Below, in pieces: positions 10,796 to 22,999 of a stretch of DNA of 33,527 nt. The stretch covers positions 94,319,893-94,353,419 of the forward strand of contig NC_057719.1 of assembly GCF_004010195.1 (NCBI RefSeq), read 5' to 3'. A program made the position numbers and the translations under genes. How positions within the stretch are numbered: the stretch's first letter is position 1; each line of letters starts with the position of its first letter. The notes beneath the pieces were generated by a model that saw only the letters and a program-made list of their open reading frames with translations, was not told the origin of the DNA and searched no databases. The DNA is from Chiloscyllium plagiosum (taxonomy: Eukaryota).

Positions 10796-11470
10796 ATGTT
10801 TCCAAGTGTATAAGACATTGTCAGTTTCATGAAAATTGAAAGTGTCAAGTATTTTTCTCTCCTGTTTATGTATTGAAGACAGCAGTTTGATGATCTTGGA
10901 AAGCCACTCCTCTTTGAATTCCACACTGGATTTCTTTGAATGGAATTTGAAGACTCATTTGCTTTTGACATCAAGAAATAATAATAGTTGCATGTGCAGA
11001 AGATGGTGTGCATGCACACAGCTTACAGGGAACACTGGTTGCTGCTAGAAAGTCATAGCTGATGCTGCTGATAAACAATGACTGTACACTTGCGAATACA
11101 AGAATGTATTTATGATGAACTTTTAACCATACTATCTATGTGCCCTTAGAAGGTGGTCTTATTCCTTTCCCTCACACTAAATCTTGGTGTAGATCTGCAG
11201 TTGGTAGCTAGGATGGAGAGAGCCTGCCCTACCCTGGAGCCTGTGCACCTCGGAACTTCACTGAGCACCAGCGGATAATAAATGTGCTGGACCTGATTTG
11301 CCATGGAAACCACCAACCTGTCTGTGGAGGTATCCAGATGCTGGCATGCTGAAGGTAGTGTGGTGCAAACAGCATTGATGGAGTCTTCCAACCTTTTGAG
11401 TCAGTTTTCCCATTGCCTTCAAGAAACCAATCTGCTGTTCCTGTGTGTGCTTTTACATTTGTGTAAAGTT

Positions 11471-11588
11471 TTGATGAAGAGCTTATGCTCAAAACGTCAG
11501 CTCTCCAGCTCCTCGGATGCTGCCTGACTGGCTGTGCTTTTCCAGTGCCACACTTTTTGACTCTGCATCTGCAGTTCTCACTTTCTCC
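11471..11588 (+). mobile_element. Short Penelope-derived insertion with decayed hammerhead
   Basis: TTGATGA-A-GAGC-TTAT-GCTC-AAAAC-GTC followed by the arm and tail. Flanking TAAAGTT repeat at 11464 and 11589. Confidence 0.8.
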
Positions 11589-12582
11589 TAAAGTTGTGAA
11601 TAACTGACTCCATGCATTATACTCCTGCTTGGGGCTGAGGAGGTAGCTGAACTTAAGCGATCTTCAGAGTGCTGATGATCACTATTATGTGTTCCAAACT
11701 CTAATCTAGCTTTTAAAAAAAACACTGAGGTGTTAGTATCTGAGCTGGTGGAGGGTACAGGAGACAGAGTTGCTGGTACATGGATCTATGGCTGCTTCCT
11801 CCGAGGTGAAAGAGGAGATATCTTGTAGCCTGCCCTTGAGACTGTGGAGACTGTGCAAATGCCACTCAAGCCTGTAAGAATTAAAAGTTGTGAACGAGTC
11901 ATGAAAAAGAGGGTGGAAGTTTGACTATATTAAGAATGCATTTTCAGTTGTGATAATGGAAGAACAGCACAACAATGGATAACAATTGGTTGCTGAGACT
12001 TGGAGGTTTCAGCACAAAGACATGAGCAGTCATGGTCCTCATTTTCCAGTGCCTGAATCATCTCTTCAAAGGCTGTGGGGAACTGAATGTCAAGTACCCA
12101 CCGCCCATCTTGGCTCTCTCTGCCTTACAGTGGGCTCTTTTTCTGAATGAAACCAAGGGAGTGACTGAGAGAGATGGAAGTGGCTGGCACAGCTCTTGCT
12201 GTGGGAGGAAGGTGCTAATATGACCTGTCTGAATAAGAGAGAGCATGGAGGCCTTTCAGGTTTATAGCCTTGGAGATGAAAGGGCAAGAATGAGGGAGGG
12301 AAAATGTTGAAGGCAACAATTAGAGTGGTAGGCCATGAGCCTTGGAGGGAGTTTGGTGCAATAGCAGAGAATAGTGGTGGCACTTACCCTCAAGGAGTTA
12401 AGAAGGCCATTCACCTTCTTACTGCATTGTTGGACATTCCTCTGGGCAATGGCAACAGCATTGACTGGATTGCAATCTTGGACCAAACTTGTAGAGTTTG
12501 GTGGCACGTTCTCATCTGTTAGTTCTGGAAGAAGATGTCACCTCCCCCTTTCACCAGAATCTCCAGAACCACATCTGCAAAA

Positions 12583-13550
12583 CATAAGACTGTAGTATAT
12601 AAGTGCAGAATTGGCCATTTAGCCCATCAAATCTGTTCTGTTGTATGATCATGTCTGATATGTTTCTCAACCCTGTTCTTCGGCTCCCCCCCTCATAACC
12701 TTGATTCCTTTTTTAATCAAGAACATATCTATCACTGTTTTAAGTACATTCAATGACTTGGCCTCCACAGTCCTCTGCGGCAATGACTACCACAGGTTAA
12801 GTACCCTCTAGCTGAAGATATTCCTCCTCATCTCAGTTCTAAAGCATTGGCCCTTCATATGAGGCTGTGCCTTGGCTCCTAGTCTCTCCTCCTAGTGGAA
12901 ACATCTTCTCTACATCCTCTCTTTCCAAGCCTTTCAGTATTCTGTAAACTTCAATCACATCCCCCATCATCCTTCTAAATTCCAGTGCAGACCCAGAGTC
13001 CTCAACTGCTCATGTGACAAACTCTTCATCCCTAGGGTCATTGTTGGAAACCTCCTCCAGACCACCTTCAATACCAGCACATCATTCCTTAGAGACAGGG
13101 CTCAAAACTGCTCACAAGATTCCACATGCGGTCTGGTCAGAGTCTTGTACAGCCTCAGCATGACATTCCTGCTCTAGTATTCTATCCCTGTTGAAATGAA
13201 TGTCAACATTACATTTTCTTTACTGAACCTGTATGTTAACCTTAAGAGGTTCCTGAACTAGAACTCCCAAATCCCTTTGTGCTTCAGATTTCTGAAACGT
13301 TTCCCCATTTAAAAATAGTCTACATCCCTCTTCTTGCTGCAAAAATGTATAACTTCAACTTTTCTGTATTTTCTTGTATCTGCCACTTCTTTGCCCGCTC
13401 ACCTAGCATGTCCAAGTCCTTCTGCAGCCTCCCTGCTACCTCAACACTACTTGTCCCTCCACCTGTCTTTTATGTCATCTGCAAACTCACCAATAATGCT
13501 AGAATTTCCTTCATCCTGATCATTAATGTAAAACATGAATAGTTGTCGTC
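12583..13550 (-). mobile_element. CR1/L2-group LINE RT / 3' fragment
   Basis: The reverse complement contains a FADD-like motif (GTCATCTGCAAAC near 13474), a KDLDML motif, the LYKTLTRP region and the 3' tail. Homologous to 16615-17505. Confidence 0.8.
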
Positions 13551-15334
13551 CATGAACCATGTATCTTCAGATTGACAGCGCTTGACCTGCTGCAAAACTG
13601 TGTTTTAAACAGTGTATCGGCATCAGAAATCCTGGGAAGTCCTGGCAGTCATGAATATTTACACCTTGGCAAGAGGGAGGCTACAACGAGTGGGTGCATG
13701 GTTAATGAAGTTTTGAAAAATACGCAAAACAATACAATAGGTCTCTTTACAAGAAATCCTACATGAAATATGATAAGTTTAACATTTGGGACTGAATTTT
13801 ACCAAAAGCCATCACTGTCAGTCATACAAATGGAATTTGTACCTAGTTGGTACTGTGTAATATGTCATCTTGTTTAAGAGTCCTTTATCTTTAGATTGCC
13901 AGGTGGTTAACCTCTACCACATTAGACCAAACAGGATCAGTCAACCCCTACTATGATGGTGGCAGCAAATCTACCAGATGGATCTTATACCATGAAGAGC
14001 TGCAGTAAGGATTCATTTTAAACAATGGAAAAGCATTACTAATAATTTGGAGCAACACAGAGGAAGTTTCTTTTAAATTTGAGTCTAAGTACCTGAAGCA
14101 AAGCTTTTAGTTTGAGCACAAAATCTTTCAGTGAAGCTGAACAACTTTGTTTCACTGACTCATTACTCAAATGATCTGAAAACGCCTATTCTGGTAATTA
14201 GTTTTACTTTAAACATAAACCCAGCTTTCTAATCTTTACTGTGGATGCTACAGTTATAACCTTTACGCAAAATTGTGACAGACTTAATATTAAATGACTG
14301 AATTTGGTTCATATAATTCATAATTTTCAGTATAAACAGAGCATTACAAAATGTTTGTTTCCCAGCATGAATGTTGCTGTAGGAAAGACTCAAAATTAAT
14401 TATGGGCATAGATATTATCTATTTGAATTTTATATTGCCAAATTTTTAGCAAGAAATGTTTTATTGAACAAATTAATAGTATGTCTTGGTGAGTTTGTCG
14501 TTTGATTGGACATCTAGTTTTATAACTTTTAAAAAATTAAATTTATAGTGAAAAACAACGTATATTCTGAAAACAAGGCTGTTTTTTTTGTTCTTGAATT
14601 TGTAACTTTTTTTTCTTGAAAGGCTGGACTTAATTGTGCTGCACAATATTCACTGAAATAAATTTGCATCATGGGATGTGTCTTTTGATTTTTGGATTTC
14701 ACCAGTTGGGTAACAGCTGTTGCTGCAAGTTGATTTTGTGAGGTAAATGAAATGAGCAATTAATGAATCAGAATGTTAGCTGCCCTAAACTTGTTTGACA
14801 GCCTTCTTCAATACCATAATCACTCTATTACTCTATGACTGACATCCCGTGTCAAGTCCTGGCCTATTCTGAATTTCTGAAGTACTAGGAATTCTTTTCC
14901 TATAAGTTTACCATAAGTACTCTGGTTAATTCCACAATTAAAATAAATGTTGTATCCAGAAATATTTTTATTTATCATCTGATATTTCCTGTATTGTGTA
15001 TAGACACATTTTTTGTTGGTGCAAATTCCACATTTACAAAACAGGAATCAATCACAGCAGAAGAGATGGCAAAGATACAAATTAAAAACAAGGAAGTTAG
15101 GCAAAAGAAAATATGAAAGAATTGGATTCTGGAGTAATTAACAGATGAGCAAACAGCAAAATATACCAAGAAAAAGGACAGTTAAAGGGAAAGAATGAAA
15201 TTGCTCCAAAAATGCAATGAACCACTGCCACAAATATTTAAATAAATGTTAATTTTGTTCATAGAAATGCCTGTATTGTTTTGTAATTCCCAGAAAAGCC
15301 TTTTTTCAAAGTAGTTACTTTTGTTTGTGAGGAA

Positions 15335-15600
15335 TGGTAATACAGTGGCAGTTACTTCACTAGTAATCTGAGCGTCAGACTAAAACTCCAGTGGTCAATG
15401 ATCAAAACCCAACTTGGCACACACCTTGTATTTCCCTTGGAGGAATAAGAAGTATTCAATAAACCTGGAATTAACAAATGAAGTTGCTGGATTGTCACAA
15501 AAACTGCAGGGAAAAAAATCTGATTTCACCTGGCCTGTGACTCCTGACTCAATGTAGTTGACTTTTAACTATCTTCTGGCAAGGCCAGGCTAGCCATATC
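15335..15600 (+). mobile_element. Degenerate tRNA-derived SINE remnant
   Basis: Segments CTAGTAATC..., TTCAATAAACCTGGAATTAA, GGATTGTCACAAAAAC and GTGACTCC...GTTGACTTTTAACT resemble a shark SINE (recognition from memory). Confidence 0.4.
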
Positions 15601-15704
15601 ATTTGTATCTTAGTGCTACGTAACAGTTAAGAAGAATGAAACCATATGGAAACCCAGCATTTACCTTACACTGGAAACCTCAGGTTGCATACAACTTGGT
15701 GAAG

Positions 15705-16025
15705 ATCTGCTGGAAAATGAGGTCGGAGAAGTAGTAATAGGGCATCAAGAAATGGCGGAGAAACTGAATCGGTACTTTGTATCAGTCTTCACAGTGGAAG
15801 ACACTTGTAGCATACCAGAACTTCAGGAATTGGGGGCTAATGTGAGTGTAGCAGCCATCACTAAGGAGAAGATGCCGGGAAGCTGAAAGATCTGAAAGTG
15901 GATAAATCACCTGGACTGGATTGTCTACACCCCAGAGTCCCGAAGGAGATATCTGAAGAGATTGTATAGGCATTGATGGTGATCTTTCAGGAAGCACTGG
16001 AGTCAGAGAGGGTCTCAGAGGACCA
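15705..16025 (+). mobile_element. CR1-group LINE ORF2 fragment
   Basis: Encodes EMAEKLNRYFVSVFTVED and LKVDKSPGLDCLHPRV motifs. Confidence 0.8.
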
Positions 16026-16034
16026 TGCTGTGTG

Positions 16035-16615
16035 GGTGACACGGTGGCTCAGTGGTTAGCACCACTGCCTCACAGTGCCAGGGACCCGCATTCAATTCCA
16101 GCCTCAGGCGACTGTCTCTGTGGAGTTTGCACATTCTCCCTGTGTCCATGTGGGTTTGGTATCCTCCCACAATCCAAAGATGTGCAGGTCAAGTGAATTT
16201 GCCATGCTAAATTGCCCATAGTGTTCAGGGATGTGTAAGTTCTGTGCATTAGGCAGGGTAAAACCAAGGACTGCAGATGCTGGAAACCAGATTCTAGATT
16301 AGTGTGGTGCTGGAAAAGCACAGCAGTTCAGGCAGCATCCGAGGAACAGGAAAATCGACGTTTCGGGCAAAAACCCTTCATCGGGAATAGATGAAGGGCT
16401 ATTCCTGATGAAGGGCTTTTGCCCGAAACGTTGATTTTCCTGCTCTTCGGATGCTGCCTGAACTGCTGTGTTTTACCAGCACCACTCTAATCTAGCATTA
16501 GGCAGGGGAAAATGTAGAGTATTAGGGGAATGAGTCTGGGTGAGTTACTCTTCAGAGAGTTGTTGTGGACTTGTTGGGCCAAAACAACCTGTTTCGACAC
16601 AATAGAGTTTCTATG
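16035..16615 (+). mobile_element. HE1 / V-SINE (tRNA head, V domain, LINE-derived tail), interrupted by a PLE
   Basis: A box TGGCTCAGTGG, decayed B box ATTCAATTCC, V-domain TGTGGAGTTTGCACATTCTCCC, and tail GGACTTGTTGGGCC. Confidence 0.88.
16259..16494 (-). mobile_element. Palindromic Penelope-derived insertion (family A), 13-bp TSD
   Basis: TSD GCATTAGGCAGGG at 16246-16258 and 16495-16507. Inverted arms of about 95 bp. Plus-strand hammerhead CTGATGA-A-GGGC-TTTT-GCCC-GAAAC-GTT at 16405-16432. Confidence 0.9.
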
Positions 16616-17505
16616 ATTAACAATCTGGAGGAAGGAACTTTCAGCATTGTTTCAAAGTTTGCAGATAACACAAAGATTTGTGGAGGGACAGATAGTGTTG
16701 AGAAAGCAGAGTGGCTGCAGAAGGACTTGGACATGCTCGGAAAGTGGCAAAGAAATGGCAGTGGACATACAGTCTGCGGGAGTGTGAGGTTATGCATGTT
16801 GGTAAAAAGAATAGAAGTGTAGACTATTTTCCAATAGGGAAAGGCATTGTAAATCTGAAACAGAAAGTGTAGTTAATTCAGGAGTCTCTGAAGATTAACA
16901 TGCAGGTTCAGTTGGCAATTAGGAAAGTAAATGTAATGTTAGCATTCATTTCAAGGGGGCTAGAAAACAAGAGCTGTTGAAAGAAGCTGTATGAGGCTCT
17001 GATCGGACTACATTTGGAATATTATGAGCGGTTTTGGCCCTGTATATGAAGGGATATGCTGATGTTGGAAGGGGTGCAGAGAAGTTTTACAAAGACGATC
17101 CTGCAAATGAAAGGTGATAACAATGACCCTTGTGATATGAGGGTTTGTACTTGAAGGAGTTAGAAGGATAAATGGGAGCTTCTCGCTGAAACTTCCAGAA
17201 TGCCATTAAGAGAGACCAGGACCTGAGGGCATAGATTTCCTAAAGGGACTTTAGAACTGTGAAGAGGAGGAATTACTTTAGCCAGAGGTGGTGAATCTAT
17301 GGAGCTAATTGCCATAAAAGGCTGTAAGTCATTCAGTGTATTTAAGACAGAGATAGGTTTTTGATTAGTAAGGAGATAAAGAGTTATATGAGAAGGCAGT
17401 AGAATGGGATTGAGAAATGTATCAGCCATGACTGAATGGTGGAGTAGACTTGATGGGCTGAATGGCCTAATTCTGTTCCTAGATCTTACAATTTTATGGT
17501 CTTAT
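16615..17505 (+). mobile_element. CR1/L2-group LINE RT and 3' end
   Basis: INNLEEG...SKFADNTKICG...LQKDLDML, then decayed C-terminal motifs and the tail GGGCTGAATGGCCTAATTCTG...TTATGGTCTTA. Confidence 0.85.
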
Positions 17506-18987
17506 CCTGCCCAGTAGTTCCTGTGTTCACATAATTCTTAGGCCAAAATTGTGTTGATGTTAGGTGAACTGCCCTGCAGGCTGAGCAGGTAAAAGCCTAT
17601 GTTGCCCCACCCACAAAATCATATCTTACCAACTATGTCTCAAATTCCTCCATAACCATCCCCAAGCAGAACAGACTTACTGATTACCCTGGTAATTAAT
17701 CAGTGTTGCTCCTTATTGAATAGTACTTGGAAGAAGCACTGAGGGTTGCAATATTACACAGTGTTCTCCTGGTTGAAGGACTCTGTGACCACCACCTGTA
17801 TTACCTCAATTCCAGCTTTTGATTCATTCATCCATATTTCGGTATTCTGTTGATGGTATTGCTACACGGTCCTAAACTTCAGGGCACTATATACCAACTT
17901 TCTGTTTTAATTCAAAAGAAAACACATATTTTACACTGCAACAAAACAATCTATTCAGGAGTGGCAGAAAAAATATTTTAAAAGTTAGAAAAAAGAAAGC
18001 AAAGGTTCTCTAGCTGATCCATTGGTGCTATAAAATAACTGTGTTAATGAAAGAGGAGTTCACATGTAGTGGATAGGATGCATTGGTTAAATTTGCAAAT
18101 AGAGCTAATGTTGGGTGGCTGAAGCCTCACCTTATTATGTGCGGTGAAGAGGTTGTTGTGGTTGATGTTATAATCTACTTGAAGACTTATCTCTTGAGAC
18201 AACATGCGAGGAGAAGACTGCATTTGGAACCAATCTTATAAAATTCCTTTGATCATAATAACAGAATGGACGTTGTGATAGGAGCCAAGGTCAGGTGGTT
18301 TCATATGCGTGACCCTGTTGGCTGTTTCCAAAAAAATCACAAACCATAACCTTTGTTAGCTGTAAAATAAGAATTACTGTTTTGCTGCCATTGCACGTTT
18401 AAGGATTTTATAGACTTTTAATTACTTTTATTCAATGTTATCTGGTTTTATTGTACTGTTTTATTTGTAATGCATTCTTTAAGGTTGAATGTTTATAATT
18501 CCGTGTGTTGTGTAATTTTTATCATTCCTTTAATTTTAATTTATACTCAATAAAGATTAGATTTTAATCATTTACGTGTGGATGGTGTATTAGAAAAGAA
18601 TTGTGCATCTGATTAACTTGGGTTGAGAAAGTGTCTAAGGTATGAGCAGGTAGGGAAAGTTTTGAGTTGCAAAGGCAAGTTTTGAGTTGCAGTAGGAGAG
18701 GGACTCCCTGAGATTCTTTACCCAATCAATTTGAATGTTACCTCACCTGGATGCTGCTTCCTGTAAGTGACTATATAATTCATTAAGAATTTGCTGTTCG
18801 ATTGAAGACTGAGAACCCATGTCCCTGTGCTCATGGGTGATCGCTCTCTCTCCCTCCGGGTGTGGAATAAAGATGAAGGAGGTAAAACTATACTGGGTCT
18901 CTGAGCGTTTTGCTTCGACTGAGTTGGGAATGGGATGACAATAGGGTCCGTTGAAACATTGAAACTCGTGGGCCTGCTTTTGAGAAG

Positions 18988-19086
18988 CCATTCCTGAAGA
19001 AGGGCTTATGCCTGAAACGTCAATTCTCCTGCTCCTTGGATGCTGCCTGACCTGCTGTGTTTTTCCAGCTCCACATTTTTCAACTT
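18988..19086 (+). mobile_element. Short Penelope-derived insertion (family A, no tail), 13-bp TSD
   Basis: TSD TGCTTTTGAGAAG at 18975-18987 and 19087-19099. Hammerhead-like core at 18994-19021. Confidence 0.85.
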
Positions 19087-19903
19087 TGCTTTTGAGAAGA
19101 GTTTACTTCTCATTGTTCTTTGACTAATTTTTCATTGTGGATGAGTCACTTAAAAATTTGAAAAATATGTACACATCACACAATGAGTTTGATTGTAGCA
19201 TGTGGAATCCTGTCACAAAATAAAACCCAGAAATTGCTGGAAAAATTCAGCAGGTCTTGTAACATCTGTGCAGAGAAAGCAGAGATAACATTTCACGTCC
19301 AATGACCCTTCTTCAGAACTGAGTAGATAGGAAAAGGTTCGTATTTACATAGATGATAGGGTGGGGGAGGGGGAAAGGTGTAAACAATAGGTGCCCAAAA
19401 AGAGAACAAAACAGTTGGACAGACAAAGCTTGGAGAATGAATACCTGCTAACAGCCGCTAGTAGGTGACAATGTGTTGTGTGTGGTAGCAGCTCATGTGA
19501 TGACAAGGCTTGGTGTGTGGGGGGTTAAGGTAAGGACATGGGAGAAGATGCTCTGCCCTAAAATGATTGAACTTGATATTGAGTCCAAAAAGCAGCAAGG
19601 TTTTCCAGTGGAAAATGAGTGTTAGCTTCACTGACCACTGCAGCAAGCCTGAGACTGCGATGTTGGCCAGGGTTCACGGTAGTGTGTTGAAGTGGCAGGC
19701 ATCTGGAAACTCAGGGTCATTTTTGGTTCAGGCTCAAAACATAGGTGTTCTGCAAATTAGCCACCCAACCTCCCCATAATTTCCCAATGTTGAGGAGGCC
19801 ACATTGTGAGCAGCGAATGCAGTAGATTAGATTAATTGAAGTGCAGGTAAATCGCTGCTTTAACTGGAAGGTGTGTCTGGAACCTTGGATAAGAAAGACA
19901 GAG

Positions 19904-20098
19904 CTAAAAAATGTGTTGCTGGAAAAGCGCAGCAGGTCAGGCAGCATTCAAGGAGCAGGAGAATCGACGTTTCGGGCATAAGCCCTTCTTCAGGTCGATT
20001 CTCCTGCTCCTTGGATGCTGCCTGACCTGCTGCGCTTTTCCAGCAACACATTTTTCAGCTCTGATCTCCAGCATCTGCAGTCCTCATTTTCTCCTAGT
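19904..20098 (+). mobile_element. Palindromic Penelope-derived insertion (family A)
   Basis: AAAGACAGAG repeats at 19894-19903 and 20099-20108. Near-perfect inverted arms and an intact minus-strand hammerhead at 19966-19993. Confidence 0.88.
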
Positions 20099-20511
20099 AA
20101 AGACAGAGGAAATAAAAGGGCTGGCTCCATTTGTCAAGAGGTGTGAAGGAGGAGCGGAGGATTGCTGGGAAGGTGAGTAAAACTGTTTAAAATACTTACC
20201 TCAGGCATTGGGGCCTCCATTTGTCGAGAGGTGCGAGGGAGGAGTAGAGGACTGCTAGGAAGGTGAGTAAAAACCAACATTTTTTTAACAGAGCGGCGAG
20301 GAGAGAGGGTGGACAGAAACAAGGGCTGCTGGGAAGTTTTTAAGGGGGTGAGATCTAAACCCGGGACCCTACACGTAGGGCCTTCCTCGCACCCACCTCC
20401 TCTAACCTTACTAAGAATTTGTAAACTCGATAAGTTTTTAGGTTTCTCATTTATTTTACTTTTCTACTCTTCCTTTGTTTAGTCCTAAGTGGGCTTTCAG
20501 AGTAGCGGGAT

Positions 20512-21415
20512 ATGGATGTTAGGGCAGTTACATGTTCCTCCTGCAGAATGTGGCAGGTGAGAGACACTACACATGTCTCTGCCGACCACATCTGCAGAAA
20601 GTGCACCCTATTCCAGCTCCTTGAAAATCAAGTTATGGCACTGGAGCTGGAGCTGGATGAAGTACGGATCATCCGGGAGAAATTGAGAGGATGTACAGGG
20701 AGGTGGTCACTCCCCAGACACAGGATAAGGACAGCTGGGTTACAGTCAAGGGGAGGAAAGGAAACCAACAGATAGGGCAGGGATCCCCTGTGGCCATTCC
20801 CCTCAGCAATAAGTATACCGTTTTGGATACTGCTGGTCGGGACGGCCTACCAGGGGAAGCCATAGTTGTCAGGTCTCTGGCACTGTGGCTCAGAAGGGAA
20901 GGGAAGAGGATAAAAAAGCGCTAGTGGTAGGGGACTCAATAGTTAGACGGATTGACAGGAGATTTTGTGGTCAGGAACGGGACTCCTGGAAGATATGGTG
21001 CCTCCCTGGTGCCAGGGTCTGGGATGTCACTGGTCGGGTTTACAGGAATCTGAAGGGGGAGGATGAGCAGCCAGAAATCGTGGTACATATTAGCACCAAT
21101 GATATAGCCAGGAAAGGGACTGAGGATCTGAAAAGTGACTACAGAGAGCTAGGTTGGAAGCTGAAGAGCAGGACGTGTAGTGTAGTGATCTCTGGTTTGC
21201 TACCAGTGCCACGAGATGGTGAGGAACAGTGAATGCAGCTTAGCATGTGGCTGCGATGCTGGTGCAGGAGGGAGGGCTTCAGATACTTAGACCATTGGGA
21301 TGCCTTCTGGGGAATCTGGGACCTGTACATGAAGGACAGGTTGCACCTGAACTGGAGGGGAACAAATGTCCTGGGTGGGAGATTTGCTCGTGTGGTTCGG
21401 GAGGGTTTAAACTAG
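20512..21415 (+). pseudogene. CR1 ORF1: CxxC...CxxC zinc finger, coiled coil, SGNH/GDSL esterase (disrupted)
   Basis: CSSC...CRKC and LELELDEVR, then VVGDSIVR, LPGARV, HISTND and DRLHLN (SGNH blocks). Frameshifts at about 20680 and 20860, and a stop at 21230-21232. Confidence 0.88.
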
Positions 21416-22277
21416 TTTGGCAGGGGGGGTGGGAATCAGAGCCACATGTCTGAGATGGGGGGCAGTTGTAGATGGGGCAGTGACAGGATGTAGTGAATCT
21501 ATCGGGAAGGTTTTTCACGTGATGAAACAAAGGGATCGGATAAAGTGTGTCTGCTTTAACACAAGGAGTGTCAGAAATAAGAGTGATGACCTTAGAGCAT
21601 GGATCAGTATTTGGGGCTATGATGTTGTGGCCATAACGAAGACATGGGTTTGACAGGGATAGGAATGTTTGCTTGATGTTCCAGGATTTAGAACATTTAA
21701 AAAGAATAGGGAGGGTGGAAAAAGAAGAGGGGGTGTAGCATTGCTAATCAGGGAGTGCATCACAGCTCTAGAAATGAAGGTTGTTGAGGAAGGTTTGTCT
21801 ACTGAGTCAGTATGGGTGGAAGTTAGGAACAGCAAGGGAACAGCCAGCTCATTGGGGGTTTTCTACAGACACCCTAATAGCAGTAGAGAGATTGAAGAAC
21901 TCATAGGCCGGCAGATTTTGGAAAAATGCAGATGTAGCAGGGTTGTTGTAATGGGTGACTTCAACTTTCCCAATATCGACTGGAATCTCCTTAGTGCAGA
22001 TGGTTTGGATGTAGCCGTTTTTGTCAGATGTGTTGAGGAAGGTTTCTTTACTCAGTATGTAGATTGGCCGACGAGGGGAGAGGCCATTTTGGATTTGGTG
22101 CTCGGTAATGAGCCAGGACAGGTGTCAGATCTTGCAGTGGGAGAACACTTTGGTGACAGTGACCACAACTGCCTCACATTTACCATAGCCTTGGAGAGGG
22201 AAAGGAGCAGTTACTAAGGGAAGATACTTAATTGGGGAAAAGGAAATTATGACGCTATCAGACAGGAGTTGGGAAGT

Positions 22278-22999
22278 CTGGATTAGAGTGGTGCTGGAAA
22301 AGCACCTGCCCTACCAACCTTCGCATCAACCACATCATCCGACAACATTTCCACCACCTCCAAATGGACCCCATCACCAGGGATATATTTCCCTCCCCAC
22401 CCATTTCCACTTTCCACAAAGACCGGTCCCTCTGTGACTACCTGGTCAGGTCCACGCCCCCGACACCCACCCTCCCTTCCTGGCACCCTCACCTGCCACC
22501 GCAGGAACTGTAAAACCTGCGCCCACACCTCCTCCCTCACCTCCATCCAACGCCCAAAGGAGCTTTCCACATCCATCAAAGTTTCACCTGCACATCCACC
22601 AATATCATTTATTGTATCCATTGCTCCCGATGAGGTCTCCTCTACATCGGGGAGACTGGACGCCTCCTAGCAGAGCGCTTTAGGGAACATCTCTGGGACA
22701 CCCGCACCAATCAACCCGACCGCCCCGTGGTCCAACATTTCAACTCCCCCTCCCACTCTGCCGAGGACATGGAGATCCTGGGCCTCCTCCACCGCCGCTC
22801 CCTCACCATCCGAAGCCTGGAGGAAGAATGCCTCGTCTTCTGCCTCTGAACACTTCAATCCCATGGCATCAATGTGGATTTCACCAGTTTCCTCATTTTC
22901 CCCTCCTGCTTCTTGGATGCTGCCTGACCTGCTGTGCTTTTCCAGCACCACTCTAATCTCGACTCTGGTTTTCAGCATCTGCAGTCCTTGTTTTTACCT
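22278..22999 (+). mobile_element. 5'-truncated Penelope-like element with GIY-YIG domain and family A terminus, 14-bp TSD
   Basis: TSD AGGAGTTGGGAAGT at 22264-22277 and 23000-23013. Encodes CHRRNCKTC and FTCTSTNIIYCIHCSR*GLLYIGETGRLLAERFREH. Short inverted end at 22278-22304; ends in the family A arm and tail. Confidence 0.92.

Noticed and set aside
11780..12560. Purine-rich stretch with many overlapping short ORFs, possibly a decayed DNA transposon
   Set aside because: I could not identify transposase motifs, TIRs or a TSD.
18657..18691. 15-bp direct repeat AAGTTTTGAGTTGCA with a 20-bp period
   Set aside because: Two copies only; an ordinary slippage duplication, not an array.
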